Below are positions 1 through 12,995 of a stretch of DNA of 64,000 nt, piece by piece (position 1 is the first letter of the stretch; each line of letters opens with the position of its first letter). Both the position numbers and the translations under genes were made by a program. The notes under the pieces are model-generated. The model was not told the DNA's origin. It did not search any database and saw only the letters and a list, made by a program, of their open reading frames with translations. This DNA comes from Callorhinchus milii (lineage: Eukaryota), in NCBI RefSeq assembly GCF_018977255.1, contig NW_024704743.1, positions 2,296,001-2,360,000 on the forward strand. Reading direction: 5' to 3'.

Positions 1-174
1 CTCACGTGGTCGAAAAGAAAGGTGTTAATGCAGGTTTTGATGGTGAGGAGTTATTGTTATTATTATTGTTATTATTATTGTTGTTGTTGTTATTGTGATT
101 AGGAGGGAAGGAGGCAGAGGGAATCCAGAAACAGGTTCCCACAGAGTGATGGCAGAATGGCTGGAAGTTTGCCC

Positions 175-295
175 ACTGGATTGCAAGGATATGGGGAAAG
201 AACAGTGAGACTGATTGGGCGGATCTTCCAAAGAGCTGGCACAGGCATGATGGGCCGAATGGCCTTCTGTGCTGTGATATTCTATGATTTTATGG
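175..295 (+). mobile_element. CR1 LINE 3' end fragment
   Basis: GATGGGCCGAATGGCCTTCTGTGCTGTGATATTCTATGATT, the typical CR1 3'UTR hairpin followed by an ATTCTATG-type terminal repeat. Confidence 0.75.
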
Positions 296-2345
296 TGGGC
301 GGAGGACATGAAGCAGGCTGGTGATTGCTAAGTGCAGGGTAGAATCCAGTAACATTTTATAGTGGAAACTGTTATAACTAAATGCCAATTCAACACATTC
401 TGAAGGAGTACACCACTGCAGACCAACAGAAGGATTGGGGCTAAGTGTAGAATACGGCTGATTTCTAAAGCAGCTTTGTTCTGTAACCTGGATGTGTGGC
501 AAAAGAAATTAATGAACCAAGGTTACAAAATTCAGTCCACTGGATGATAGAAGAGAAATCGCAAGCGCAATCTAACATTTTAGTTCAAAACCACTGGGTT
601 AACAGAGTCCTCAACAATACATAATGGTACTTTACGCGGCTTAAGTGCTTGCATTCCCTGCTGGATGCAGAGATTTGTAAAATTCCCACCTCTCTTTCTC
701 TTGCTCGTTCCTTCCCCCCACTTCATTCCGGTCCAAACGAGCCCGGTCTGCTGAGCGTACATCGAGGAGTTATTTGTTTCATTAAAACTCGAATCGCTCT
801 TTTTGGTTCCATTTCCTTCATAAGGAAACCCCATTCGAATTCCCGTTGACCTGCTCAGCTCAGCAAAATTTTCACTCTCGGGCATAACAATTTATCTTCT
901 TCAAAGCGTATTGATTTAAATTCCCACAGCCTGATAGCAGCCACGTTCAGCTGCGTGGAAATCTTAAAGCTTTTTTTCTAAGCTCAGTAGATTTATGTTG
1001 TACCAGAGCAGGAATGATTTGACCAACACGGAAATCTTGGGGAGTGCAATTGACTGTGAACCAATCAGGAGCGCAATGTGAAACAACTACAACAACTCGC
1101 ACTTATATAGCAGGGCAGCGTGAAGAAGACAGGCCCCAGTGTACAGCGTTCCTGGTTGGCAGTCTGCCGTATACTGAGTAATAATAATAATTACTACCCC
1201 TCAGAGCGTGTGCAATGATTGTGTATTCTGTTGGGAAATACAGTGTAGACTACATTGCATAGAACACAATGCGGAGGGCGCACTCTACACAGAACACAGG
1301 AGAGTTTGACCCACAAAATATGACAGTCGATTCACTTTGCAGTGTATCCTGTGAAGTGCTTTGAGACGTCTCGAAGACGTGATCGGGCGCTGCTGTGTCG
1401 GCTGCAAATGCAAAGATTACGTGTCAGCCGTTAGTCAGTTGCCGTCGTTTCTTCCGACCGCTTGAAATATTCCGACAAAGAGCAGAAATTCGACAGGACA
1501 ACGGCTCTAACTCAGCAGCCCTCGGTCTCCACCCTCCTGCCCGCCTGTCTTTGGACTTCCATCAATTAAGAGTCAAATGTGTGAAACGCAGTGCGTGGCA
1601 ACCCGAGGAGCAGGGCAAGGCAGAACACAAGTCCGTTCGAAGGGGCTTAGTTCATCCCAGGCCCCTCGTGTGAAATGTCCTGCTGAAAGGGTAACAATGT
1701 CCTCAGCTGCACGTTGAAAGGTTAAAAAAAATATCACACGTCTTACAGAATAAATATGATACTCGTTCTGTCAGCTTTACATGTGGTTTCCCAAACTAAG
1801 GTCACCTTGCACACATCCGCTCCTCAAAAAAAAAACATCTGCGGGGAGAACAAAGTAATAATTATCTACCTTTCAGCTGGTTTGAGATCTAATGAGAAGT
1901 CAGCTTTACTGCACAAGTTTTTAATGTTTTCCTTCACGTTTAAAAGTTGCTTTTAAATGCTGTTGTTTTTTCTCCCTGAGGTGTAGGATCAAACTAGCTT
2001 TGAAAGGGCGGTGGTGGGGTGGTGTGTGGGGCGTGGGGAGAGGGGGCCAATATTCCTGCGGTTCATAATTTTAGTGGTGACCTGGATGGCGTTAATCCAT
2101 GTAATACAATTTACATTGATATAAGCACCTTTCACCTGAGCCAGGCTGACACACAGACATTGATAAACCTTCTTAAACATCATTGCACAATTGAGAATCA
2201 TATCATAATAACTAACATTGATGCGGTGCCTTCCAAGTAAAATATATGTCTTGAAGCACTTCACAAAATAAAATAGATTGGAATGAACAGTAAATGCCTT
2301 TTCTGTAGGCAAAGGCGGTAACCGATCAGCAACAGCAACATTTGT

Positions 2346-2648
2346 GGAGTCCTGTAGCTCAGTGGTTAGAGCACTCACTTTGCAAGTGAGAGACCTGAGT
2401 TCAATTCCAGGCAGAGGGTGAAACCTCGGGCAAGTTTCCTTACTCCACACAGAGCCTAATAATAATCCCTCCAAACCAAAACAATAATAAATTGGTCATT
2501 TTCAATCTACGACTGTTTGTGGGACATTGCGGTGCACAATTGGCTGCCGCGTTCGCCCACAAATATACAGTCAATTCACTTTACAGTGTATTCTGTGAAG
2601 CGCTTTGGGACGTCCTCCCGACGTGAAAAAGCGCTATATCAAATGCAA
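2346..2648 (+). mobile_element. tRNA-derived SINE, short subfamily (lacks internal segment; L2-identical tail)
   Basis: Head GGAGTCCTGTAGCTCAGTGGTTAGAGCAC with A/B boxes; tail GCGCTTTGGGACGTCCTCCCGACGTGAAA; near-identical body at 46495-46752 on the minus strand. Confidence 0.85.
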
Positions 2649-2671
2649 TATCCCGTAAACAGCAATGATTC

Positions 2672-2880
2672 ATTTATAATAATTTGGTCACTACAACCCA
2701 CGGCTGTTTGTGGAGACGCTGCTGTGCGCAATCGGCTGCCACGTTTCACCCACAAAATACACAGTCAATTCACTTTACGGTGTATCCTGTGAAGCGCTTT
2801 GAGACGTCTCAAAGACGTGATAAGGCGCCGTATCAAATGCAAGGATTATTATTATTATTATATTATTATTATTATTATTA
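2672..2880 (+). mobile_element. 5'-truncated SINE (3' half plus (ATT)n tail)
   Basis: GGCTGTTTGTGGAGACGCTGCTGTGCGCAAT...GCGCTTTGAGACGTCTC...CAAATGCAAGG(ATT)n. Similar tail-only copies lie near 1.3, 8.3, 11.0, 12.8, 20.1, 20.7, 21.0, 23.5, 23.9, 26.8, 27.1, 28.0, 31.4, 34.1, 35.1, 36.8, 47.7, 50.9, 52.2, 56.6, 57.9, 58.8, 59.4 and 61.0 kb. Confidence 0.9.
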
Positions 2881-3059
2881 TGTTACATTGGAGCCAGCTC
2901 AGCTTTAGGGGAACCCCACTTACACCCCATCCAAAGAGGAGGTGATAAAACAGGTTGCTTAAAACTTTTTGATTTCATGTCACGTTTGAGGAAACAACGC
3001 GCTGTCAGTTTGCCTCAATTGGTCGTGTTCTTGCTTGAAGATCAAAGGGTTTTGGGGTC

Positions 3060-3230
3060 AAGAATCTGAGTTCACTCCAGTGCTGCACTGAGGGTGGATT
3101 GCATTGCTGGCAGTGCTGTCTTTCATCTCATCTGAGGAGTTCAGTTCCATGACACTACTTCTAAGTAGAGCAGAGAGCTCTTCTGGTGTCCTCCCTTATC
3201 CAAATGCATCAAAATACAGATGAACTGGGA
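3060..3230 (+). mobile_element. Decayed DeuSINE (SacSINE1/AmnSINE-like) fragment
   Basis: ACTCCAGTGCTGCACTGAGGG...GCATTGCTGGCAGTGCTGTCTTTC...GAGCAGAGAG..TCTGGTGTCCT, homologous to 39381-39838. Confidence 0.6.
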
Positions 3231-3234
3231 TAAT

Positions 3235-3560
3235 TATAATAATAATAATCCTTGTGTTTGGTATAGCGCCTTATCTCGTCTTCGAGACAACAACAGCAAA
3301 TTACATTTGTGAAGCACCTTTAAGCCGATTCAAAGGCTCTTCACAGAATAGACTGTAAAGTGAATTGACTTGTATTTCGTGGGTGAAACACGGCAGCCAA
3401 TTGCGCAGAGCAGCGTCCCCACAAACAGCCATGACTTGAATGACCAGTTTTATCTGGAGGATTGTTGGCCAGGGTACACAGCCTTGTCTTTTTAAAATAC
3501 TGTCATGAGATTTTTAACACCAACCTGAACAGGCAGACAGGACTGCGGTTTAATTTCATT
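3235..3560 (-). mobile_element. DeuSINE 3' part
   Basis: Reverse complement of CTGTCTGCCTGTTCAGGTTGG..TTAAAAATCTCATGAC...CCCTGGCCAACAATCCTCCAG plus the shared tail. Confidence 0.7.
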
Positions 3561-5439
3561 TGACACGATGGGCCAAATGGCCTGACTTGCTATAGATTTC
3601 AATGGACAGCTCCCCAGACTATATTGGTTAAGTAATTAACTGCGCAATTCCACAACAGGCTTTCTTTATCCATCTTTAAACTCCCTCCTTCAGATCTCCC
3701 TTATCGACTTATGGTCACCTCCCCCCTTCCCCTCTCCCTCACATGGTGTCCAACCAAGGGATTGTGCAATGCTCTGAGATGCTTTGCTGCTGAAGAGTGC
3801 TATATAAATGCAAATTGTTGTGCTTGTCGCACGACTGCAATGTCAGCCTTAACTTAGACACGTGTGAGCTCGAAGTCTCGACGTGGAGCTTGAACCCATG
3901 ACTTTCTGAACCAGAAACAAGAGTCCCATCAACCAAGCCAACCTGACACCCGAAAGTAACTCACTGTGTAAAACACACTTGAATCTCTTGGCCCGATAGA
4001 GCATCCTATCGAAAGCCGACTATTACAGCCCAGTTGGTGACTTTTATGGCGTTCATTGGAATGGAGTAGGAACAAGCACCATCAAGGGCTGCACAGAACA
4101 CAGAGTGTTTTTTTTAATGACTCTCTTAGCTCATGTATCTTGTTAGTGTGAAAAGCTTTGGAAGGGTATATCCTTGCGTGACACTTTGATGTGACAGACG
4201 TCTTTACGCCCTTCTGCATAAAACCTGCCAATGCTAGCTTCTTGTGCATGTGCCAGGAGGCCACTTGATACCTATGCGGCCTCGCCAATTTAAGGCTCCT
4301 TGACTAACAGCTTCCTCTGTCAAATATGTCGGTATGACAGGGGAGCTGTGATGGTCTTTGGCTGCTTGTTTGATGACAGGGCTTATGTGAGCTTCAGAAA
4401 AGAGGAGTCGACTTGATCCAGCCCATCAACTTGTACAGGTGAGAGTGCTGGGATCAGGTACAGATGTTCCAAAGGCAAGCCCTGGTGATGACTGACAGAC
4501 GCTTTCATCAGACTATAGCTTGGCTCTGACAATGCCAAGAATTTTGATTGAGGCCAGAAGGAATGCGCGAGCTAAAATATCAAACCACTCTTGTTGTTCG
4601 TGTGATAATGTCAATCCCGGCTACCAAATCCCTTTGATATTCTGGGAGTCGTATGTATTAAGAAGCATTTAGATTGCCGAGCAGTTTCAGAGAGAGAGAC
4701 GCACACACAGCCTCCGATACAGCATTCTTTTGCACCCCTTTGTTTAAAGGCAGCAAATGCGTAATGTATGCTTAAATGTTCTTATTACCATTTAAGAGTT
4801 TTTTTTCTTTTTTCACCAAAGGCTCGTTATTAAAATTGACAAGTGCCACAAGGGGACGTGTCAAAGCAAGTCGTACAGACACCGTTTGATGTGCAATCCT
4901 GAGACATCTGTGGCGCTTTTCAATTACCTGATGGCAAAATGAAACATCCCCACAGAGGGGCAATATTCTCTTAGTTAAAAAAAACACACATTAATTCCAA
5001 ATCAGTGGAAATAACTAAATAAACATAGAAATAACAAAATAGCATAGATGTAAGCCGTCAATCAAGTAATACACAATCAGGGAACATTTATTTGCAGGCC
5101 AACCAAAGAGGTTGAAGCCCTGAAATGCGTTCAAACTATCTGCCAAATCTTGCCAACGTATTCGGCGAATAGGGTTAAAGAGTTGACGAAATTTAATTGA
5201 AATAAATACGATTTGCACGGGATAGAGCGCTTTCTTTATGACAAACTGTCTCCACCGCTTCAAACAGCGCAGTCTGTCAGAAATTTCCGACTTGGCTTGT
5301 GTGTAATGTAGACAACTCGATTGATAGCTCGAATTTGTCATCTGAGTTATTGGAAGAATTGACTAGAAGCTGAGAATGTTCACACAAAAGAAGAAAAGGC
5401 TCAGGGAAGATTTATTGAAGTCAACATCCGAAAGGGTCT

Positions 5440-5725
5440 GAAACCTTACATTTTCAAGTCGGGAAGGCGTCTCAAAGCACTTCACAGGACTCGCTGCAAA
5501 GTGTAGTGACTGTGTATTTTGTAGGCGAACGCAGCAAGCCATTTTGTGCACAGAAACGTTCCACAAGCAGCCATAAAGTGAGCGACCAATTTATCTGAGG
5601 GATTGTTGGCCAGGAAACTGGGAGAAAGAAACTCTCTTCTCTTTTTTAATTGTGCCCTGGATCTTAAACAACCATCTGAACAGGCAGACAGAACATCCAT
5701 TTCAAGTCTGTTCCAAAGATGGCAC
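5440..5725 (-). mobile_element. DeuSINE 3' part
   Basis: Same Deu-domain motifs (GTCTGCCTGTTCAGATGG, CCTGGCCAACAATCCC) on the minus strand. Confidence 0.7.
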
Positions 5726-7319
5726 TTTATAATAATACTACTACTACTACTACTAATAATAATAATAACAATAAGCATGAAAGCACAGCCACAATAAGTT
5801 TGATATCCTAACGAAAAATTGGTCACTCAATCCACGACTGTTTGTGGGACACTGCTGTGTGCCATTGGCTGCTGTGTTTTGAGACGTCTCGCAGACGTGA
5901 TAAGGTGTTGTGACAAATATAAGGATTGTTATTAATATTTCAAAGAATAGTGAAGTTTTCCTCACGGGGATCTTGGGTTTTATTTCCTTTGCTTACAAAT
6001 TCCCTCGTCTGCCCCGTGCGTAAATCCTAATGAACTGACCACTCATCTCAGGGTTGTTAGAGTTGCTCCATTTTCTAAACAGACCTTGTTCTGCAAAAAC
6101 AGTGCTTTCTCAAAAAAGATGTCGCATAAATATAAGTTCGGGGCGTGAATTTGGACTAGCAGGGAACGACGACCAGGACAACAACAACAACAAATGACAT
6201 TTACACAGCGCCTTTCACGTCAGGAGGACGTCTCAAAAAGGCTCTGGACAGTCAGAGATCCACACCTGAGCTGGGGGTTGGGATAAGGAGGGGTGGGGGG
6301 GTTGGGGGGGAGGGGGTGGGGTGGAAAGACAACTGAAAGAATGTCTGCTTTACGATCCAAGCCACTGGATTGAACTATGCCCTTCAGAATCTAGAATCCC
6401 TCGTTGCTGTCCATTTCTTCGATAGGGCCCAGCGATGGCTCAGAGATGTGGTATGAGTAACTCGCGTCAAGGAATGGAAGAAAAAAGGGTAGGAGTTTGT
6501 CCTTTGTCTCTCGTTATTTCAGTCAGTGCATTTTCCCTTCTGAATCATTACGTGCTGAAATGCCTCAAATGCTACCACCCTTGAGTAACCTATTAGTTTT
6601 TGATTTTACATGAATCAGAGACTTGTAGGGGGAGCAGTGTTTATGCCTATTGTTGTGCTGTTGACAACGGCTAGACTTTACAGAATATGCCGTGTCGGAT
6701 TTTAAAGCGGGCGGCAACACATTTCAATTGTAAACGGGGAAGCACAAAACACATAAGAGCATTCCCATGCTTTTAATTTACACACAGATTTGAAACAAAA
6801 ATGTGTGAAAGTCTGTTTAGCATCCTGCGTTTATGCTTTTTTCCTATAATTGTGGTTAAAATGTTTTTACCATTTTTTTGGGTTTCTCCTGATTTACTCG
6901 CTGAGGCAGCCAGTCGTTAACAGCACCCTCAGTGCCTACAAAATGCCACTCGGCTACTTTTTTCTTGGAGTCTGTGACATTTACAAGCGGGTCCGTTTGG
7001 GGAAATGACACTGTACTTTTTTAAGAACTGCATCAATATTAAGTACACACGGCCTGGACTTGCTGACATTTGCTCTGGCACACAGTAAGAGAGTCTGTGC
7101 TGTTAAATAGTAAATTAACACACAACCAAAGATGCTTAATACAGCGTACACTTGTGCACCATAAAACAATTCTTGCAAGGCCTATTTTCCACTTTACCCA
7201 CCTCGCAAAAACATATTTTATTGGAACGATGCAAGGGCGCAATCAAGCTCTCGTAGGACACATGAAAGTTCTCACTCCTGAGCTACTCCTGCCCTCAGTC
7301 TGTCACAACATGCCCACAA

Positions 7320-7615
7320 AATAATAATAATCCTTGCATTTGATGCAGCGCCTTATCACGTCTTTGAGACGTCTCAAAGCGCTTCACAGGATACACTGTA
7401 AAGTACGTTGACTGCATACTTTGTGGCCGAAACACGGCAGCCAATTACACACAACAGGGTCCCCAACAAACAGTCTGGGTTGAAGTCACTAAATTATTAT
7501 TAATATTATTTTTGAGGGATTATTAACCCCAGAAAAATGATCCGCCAATTGACTAATAACGGGGTTCCCACTTACTGCTGGTAAACAGAGGCGTGTGGAG
7601 TAAGGAACTTGTCCA
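7320..7615 (-). mobile_element. tRNA-derived SINE lacking its head
   Basis: (AAT)n, tail and internal segment on the minus strand. Confidence 0.85.
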
Positions 7616-8449
7616 ACTACAGGTCTTCATGTAGACAAGGAAGGGGCACGGAGGAGGTTCTACATGTCAGGAATATCTACGCCTACATATCGTCAAGCAG
7701 GAAACGGCGAGATTAATCTTTTAGGCTACTTTTAGAAGAATTGATAGCGTTTTGCAAATTCTACCATGGGTTTAACCCGATCTTTTACCCCTTGGATTGA
7801 AGACAAGGGTCATCAATTGTTGTGGGGGTGAAAGTCGGTGGAAGATGGGAATCCAATAAACTTGAGTAAGGTAGAAGTTCTAAACTATTCCTAGACTTAC
7901 TGTACTCTACTGCAGTTGCAAATTGTCCTGGGATCAGATCTCAATCAATACAAGCGACTAAACACAATCGCACTGAATTTCTTTTCATAAGAAAGATACA
8001 ATACATTTCTATAGCGCCCTTCACGTCGGGAGGACGTCCCAAGGCACTGGACAGTCATGGATGTGGATATGCCAATTAAAATGAATGGCGGTATTCTAAT
8101 GTATGCGGAATAAATAAATAGTTAAAGAATAGTTTGCTTTTAAAATACTCAGGCACTTCACGCTACAGTAATTCCTAATCTTATCAGTGGAGAGGTAAGT
8201 GGGGTCTCCTTGAAACTGAACCGGCTCCAAGGTGACAGGTCTATGAATCCAGGTTATTAATGTGTACAAGAAAATGTATAACAATAATACAATAATAATC
8301 CTTGCATTTAATCCAGCTCCTTTTCACGTCTTCTAAACGTCTCAAAGAGCTTCACAGAATATACTGTAAAGTGAATTGGCACTATGTTTTGTGGGCGAAA
8401 TATGGCAGCCAATTGCTCACAGCAGTGTACAAGTTCCCTTAACAACTAT

Positions 8450-10153
8450 CCTCTGCTTATTCCCTTTAGCCAATTTCAAACACATGTCCATGTCTTGGTC
8501 TGATCCCCAGTGAGAGCCTCAGGTGCTATTTTGTCAAATACCTTTAGCAAGTCTAGGTACACACTGTAGGGTTTCTGACAGTCCATTTGGATATCACCTC
8601 AAAAAAGTCTATAAGGTTGGTCAGACTCGATCTATCCTTTTTCAACCCATGTTGGCTGTCGTTTATTAGATTATTTTGGTAATCGTCTATTATCGTCATT
8701 ATGATGATTGAGTCAATCAGTTCTCAAATGATTGAGATCAAGGCTAATGGGTCTGCAGTTGCTGGTAATAAATATTGCGTAATATCTTCCTTGAGCATAA
8801 AAAAATACATTTGCTCAAAATTAGTTTATTAGGCATCTTAATGCTAAAATTGGAGCCAGGGCAGTTAGGAGGGAAATCAGGAGGCAGTTTTTCACCCAGA
8901 GGGTAGTGGAAATGTGGAACTCTCTCCCCCAAAAGGCTATGGATTATGGCGGGATCCATTCACATCCTCAAGACAGAGATAGATAGATGTTTTGGGGTCA
9001 GGGTAGTAAGGGATATGATGCAAGGGGGCAGGTAATTGAACTTGAGGTACAGATCAGCCATGATCTTATAAAATGGCAGAACAGGCTCGAGGGGCTGAAT
9101 GGCCTCCTCTTTTTCCTGTGTTTGTTGTTCAAGTGGGAAGTAACTCATTCATAATGTCTGTCACTGTTTCACAAACCTCCTGTCTTCTCTATCTGAGTAC
9201 CCTGGGCTAGAGCTCACCTGTCCTGAGGGATTGGTTGGTTTTCAGATGATTGAGCCTATCTATATTAATTATTATTATTATTATTATTGTTACTATTATT
9301 ATTTGGAATCTCAGCCGCATTCATGTTAAATTCCTGGAGCTGGATGTTTGCTGGTTGTTAAGGGTATATTTTTAGTGTCCTCCCTGGTAAACAAAAAACC
9401 TCCAGGAAATAGTTATTTAATATGTTCTTTTACCTCCTGTTCATTCTTCTTTTCAACCCCCCTTTAAGAACATAAGGATTTGCCAGTGAAAAAAGACCAA
9501 GGTCCATCTAGTTCTCCTTCCACTATCCTGGTAGTTGCTTGACATGTCGTGTCCAAGCTATATAGGTATCCATTTGAGTCCCTTAGAGTATTAACATCTT
9601 CTCTGACTACCCTTTTCCGTCATAATATTAAAATGATTTGGGGGAATTATATTTTGCACTTTGTGTTTGCTGTCATGTTTGTTTCCAGTTCTCTCTTGGC
9701 TTCCTAATCTCTCTTTTTCGTGTCTTTCTGTAAGGTTGTATACAATACAAATTATATTTATTATAGCCCAATGTTCGCTCCCTCCGTTCTTCCCATATGC
9801 TTTATACATCTTCCTCCTTTTTTCTTAATCTCTCTTTTTATTATTTTCCTATTGATCCATTTCGGAGCTGTGTTTTTATTTGTCTCGGCTGCACTTAGAT
9901 CCTGCATAATATTTTTAAAGCTTATCCATTTATCCTCAGCTAATGTATCCTTGAGTAATTGCCTCCCAGTCTATGTTACTTAGCTTATAGCCCTAAAGTT
10001 TGCCCATCTAAAGTTGTTTATTAGAGTTTGGTTGTCTGCTTAAGCCATTTACTAAGTCAAATTGGATGTTACTGAGCTATGGTCACTGACATCTCGTGGA
10101 TTAACTACTTCCAATCCCTGAATTATGTCAGGGGCACTGACTAGAACTAAGTC
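8450..10153 (-). mobile_element. Old CR1 LINE ORF2 remnant (endonuclease C-terminus, linker, RT N-terminus), interrupted by younger insertions
   Basis: Manual minus-strand translation gives degenerate CR1 motifs: DLVL...SDH (~10080-10153), PKWINRK...KMYKAY (~9800-9870), LNNYF (~9410), NCRPISL, SQHG..KGRS.LTNLIDFFE and VYLDL.KVFDK (~8530-8765); frameshifts and stops are present. Confidence 0.8.
8850..9128 (+). mobile_element. Younger CR1 3' end nested in the old CR1
   Basis: Encodes the FFTQRVVEMWNSLP ORF2 C-terminus, followed by CAGATCAGCCATGATCT...GGCTCGAGGGGCTGAATGGCCTCCT 3'UTR. Confidence 0.85.
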
Positions 10154-10553
10154 AATAATAATAATAATCCTGGCATCTGATATAGCGCCCTATCACGTAG
10201 TCGAGACATTTCAAAGCTCTTCACGGAATACACTGTGAAGTAGCGAATTGACTGTGTATTTTGTGGGCGAAACGCGACAGCTAATTGCGCACAGCAGCGT
10301 CCCCACAAACAGTCGTGGATTGAGTGACCAAATTATTATGACTTTTTTTGACAGAATTATTATCCCCGGAAAAATCAATTCGCCAATCGACTAACAACCG
10401 GGTCCTCACTTACCGCAAGGTAAACAGGTGTGTGTGTGTGTGTGTGTGGAGTAAGGAAACTTGCCCAATGTTTCGTCCTGATCTGCCCGGGAATCGAACC
10501 CGGATCCTCTCGCTCGCGAGGCGAGGGCTCTAACCCCTGAGCTCCAGGACTCC
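10154..10553 (-). mobile_element. Full-length tRNA-Ala-like SINE
   Basis: Head with A/B boxes, (CA)n tract, internal segment, 3' tail and (ATT)n. Confidence 0.92.
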
Positions 10554-11699
10554 ATGTAAAGGTGTATCTCTGTGATGTGAAGTCCTGACCCTGTGCTGTG
10601 ACCTTTCTCTCAGGCTTAGCTCTCTGGCAGCTACACTGATGCTTGTTCACCTTCGGCTGAAGCCAATGAAAGTGCCACAGAGTAGTTCTCAGCAGCTGGT
10701 AATTACCTCTGTTGACAGACAGCAGCTAAACCCTGTGCTTTAATATGTTTTCATCCCCCTACAAGACAAAACTTCTTTGATGCCCCTGAGATAAGGCAGG
10801 AAATCAGTGAGTGGAGGTGGATGGGAGGGAGGGGGGGGGCAGAGGCAGGATGTTTTCATTGTTCCTCAAGTGGTGAAGTGGTCATTGTATTGTATAACGA
10901 CCTTTATCTCTTGCCACAAGCTGTCTGATAAGGGAGATAGAGTCTGTCTTCAGATTCAAGCACAAATATATAATGTACGTGTTCATTTCCGTATTGGTTC
11001 CTTCAACATCCCTTCCAAAAAAAATAATAAATTGGTCGCTCACAACCCGCGGCTGTTTGTGGTGGACGCTGCTGTGCGCAATTGGCTGCCGCCTTTCACC
11101 CATAAAATACACAGTCAATTCACTTGACAGTGTGTCCTGTGAAGCGCTTTGACTAACAACCGGGTTCTTCAGATGAAGTTAAAAACTCTACACCACTATT
11201 CAAGAATACAAGAGTGTTTCTGCCTCAACAACCCTCCAGATAATTTTATTGTCTTTGTCTGTAGCTGTATTTGTCCACAAAACAAATCATTTTCACTTGA
11301 CAGTAATTACTATAAAGCACTTTGAGAGGATTTGATATCATAAGGTGCTATAAAAATGTAGGTTTCTTTACAATTAGACAATTTATTGGAATGTCGGGAT
11401 TAAACAGCCCAATTTTGTCCAATTCTGGGGTTACAAAGCACAGCTGAAGTTTACCATCATATCTTTCCACATATTTCTGTATTCATGTCAATATTGTGAG
11501 CGGAAGGGAGAAAATTGTCAGGAACAAATGTTATGTCAGAATGACATAGGAATTTTAGGAACAGCCTTTAGGCTTAAAAAATGATGTACATTTGTTGATT
11601 GATTTTAACCTGCCCGTTTATTTTATACCTCATTCTCACCTCTCCAAAAGCGGTAATGCTCACAGCTTGCTTCTTGTCCAGCTTGGATCACGCTACCCA

Positions 11700-11855
11700 A
11701 CATAGGCTGTTGGAATATTACCACACGGAAACCTCGCAGGCCATTTGGTCCATCTAGTCTGCACTGCTATTTTTCTCAACGTGAGACATCACATCTAATC
11801 TAATCTAATCTCACTCTTTTGTTCGCTCCCTTTAATCATTCTCTTTTTCAAGCAT
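11700..11855 (-). mobile_element. CR1 3' end fragment
   Basis: GGCCATTTGGTCCATCTAGTCTG is the reverse complement of the CR1 3'UTR hairpin. Confidence 0.55.
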
Positions 11856-11879
11856 CAACGTGGGCCAAACGTTGGGCAA

Positions 11880-12245
11880 GTTATCACGTCCTTCGAGACG
11901 TTTCAAAACACTTCACAGAATGGGCTGTGAAATGAATTGACTGTATATATTTTGTGGGTGAAATGTTGCAGCCAATTGTGCACAGCAGCGTCCCCACAAA
12001 CAGCTGTGGGTTGAAGTGAGCAATTTTTAAATTTTTTTTAAAAAGGAATTATTACTCCTGGAAAAGCGATCCACCAAACAACTGACAACCGAGTGCCTAC
12101 TGACTGCTGATAAACAGAGGCGTGTGTGTGTGTGTGTGTGTGTGTGGAGTAAGAAAACTTGCCCAACGTTTCACCCTGTCCGGGAATCGAACCCAGGTCC
12201 TCTCGTTTGCGAGGCAAGTGCTGTAACCACTGAGCTTCAGGATTC
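11880..12245 (-). mobile_element. Near full-length SINE
   Basis: Head, (CA)n tract, internal segment and tail. Confidence 0.9.
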
Positions 12246-12879
12246 ATGTTCACGCTAAGTGGGAGATGCAATGTAAGGGCAATTTTTTTATTGTTGTGAT
12301 TATAGCGTAAGAGAAATTTTACAGCGTTGTAAAGTCAGACATTTTTATTTTCTTTCCCTCGAATATGTTTTGATAAAATATTTCCGGCTCAGGTTACTTC
12401 CTTAACAGAGAGACACAATTCACATGATTGTGGGAAGCTGAGAGGTGACAGACCCTCACTTCAGCAGAAGCAATTAAAAGGCATATGTGAAAACGTGTGG
12501 TGTTGTGGATCGAATCCAAATGAGAAGAGCCCAATTTACCGCCTGGAACAACTCCAAGTATAATTTGGCTTCAATCCAAACTGTGCCTGTGTAAACAGGT
12601 AATCCAAAGCCCTGTAGTACCTCAAGTTCCATCATCTTATAATAGACCCCAGAGAGCAAGGTGACATTTATGCCATTTAATCCTTTGAATTCCCAAGTAG
12701 TGTGAGATGTTAAAAAAAAGGCATCTGACATGTTTGGGTTATTATTATTATAATAATAATCCTGGCATTTAATACAGCGCCTTTGAGATGTTGCAAAGCG
12801 CTTCACAGTGTATACTGTAGAGTGGATCGACTGTGTATTTTGTGGGTGAAACGCGGCAGCCAATTGCGCACAGCAGATG

Positions 12880-12995
12880 ATGTATGTCTAAGGCAGGATG
12901 ATGAGTGACTTGATGGGGAACCTGGAGGTGTTGGCATTCCCATGTTACTGCTGTTCTTTTTGTCCATTGATGGTGGAAGTCAGAGAGTTGGGAGT
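12880..12995 (-). mobile_element. CR1-like LINE fragment
   Basis: Translates to TWECQHLQVPHQVTHHP, a motif I recall from shark CR1-type 3' regions. Confidence 0.5.

Noticed and set aside
7759..7876. Imperfect inverted repeat (CCGATCTTTTACCCC / GGGGTGAAAGTCGG); a similar weak one lies at ~47950-48040
   Set aside because: Stems are short and degenerate; they cannot be distinguished from chance or a very old MITE without a search
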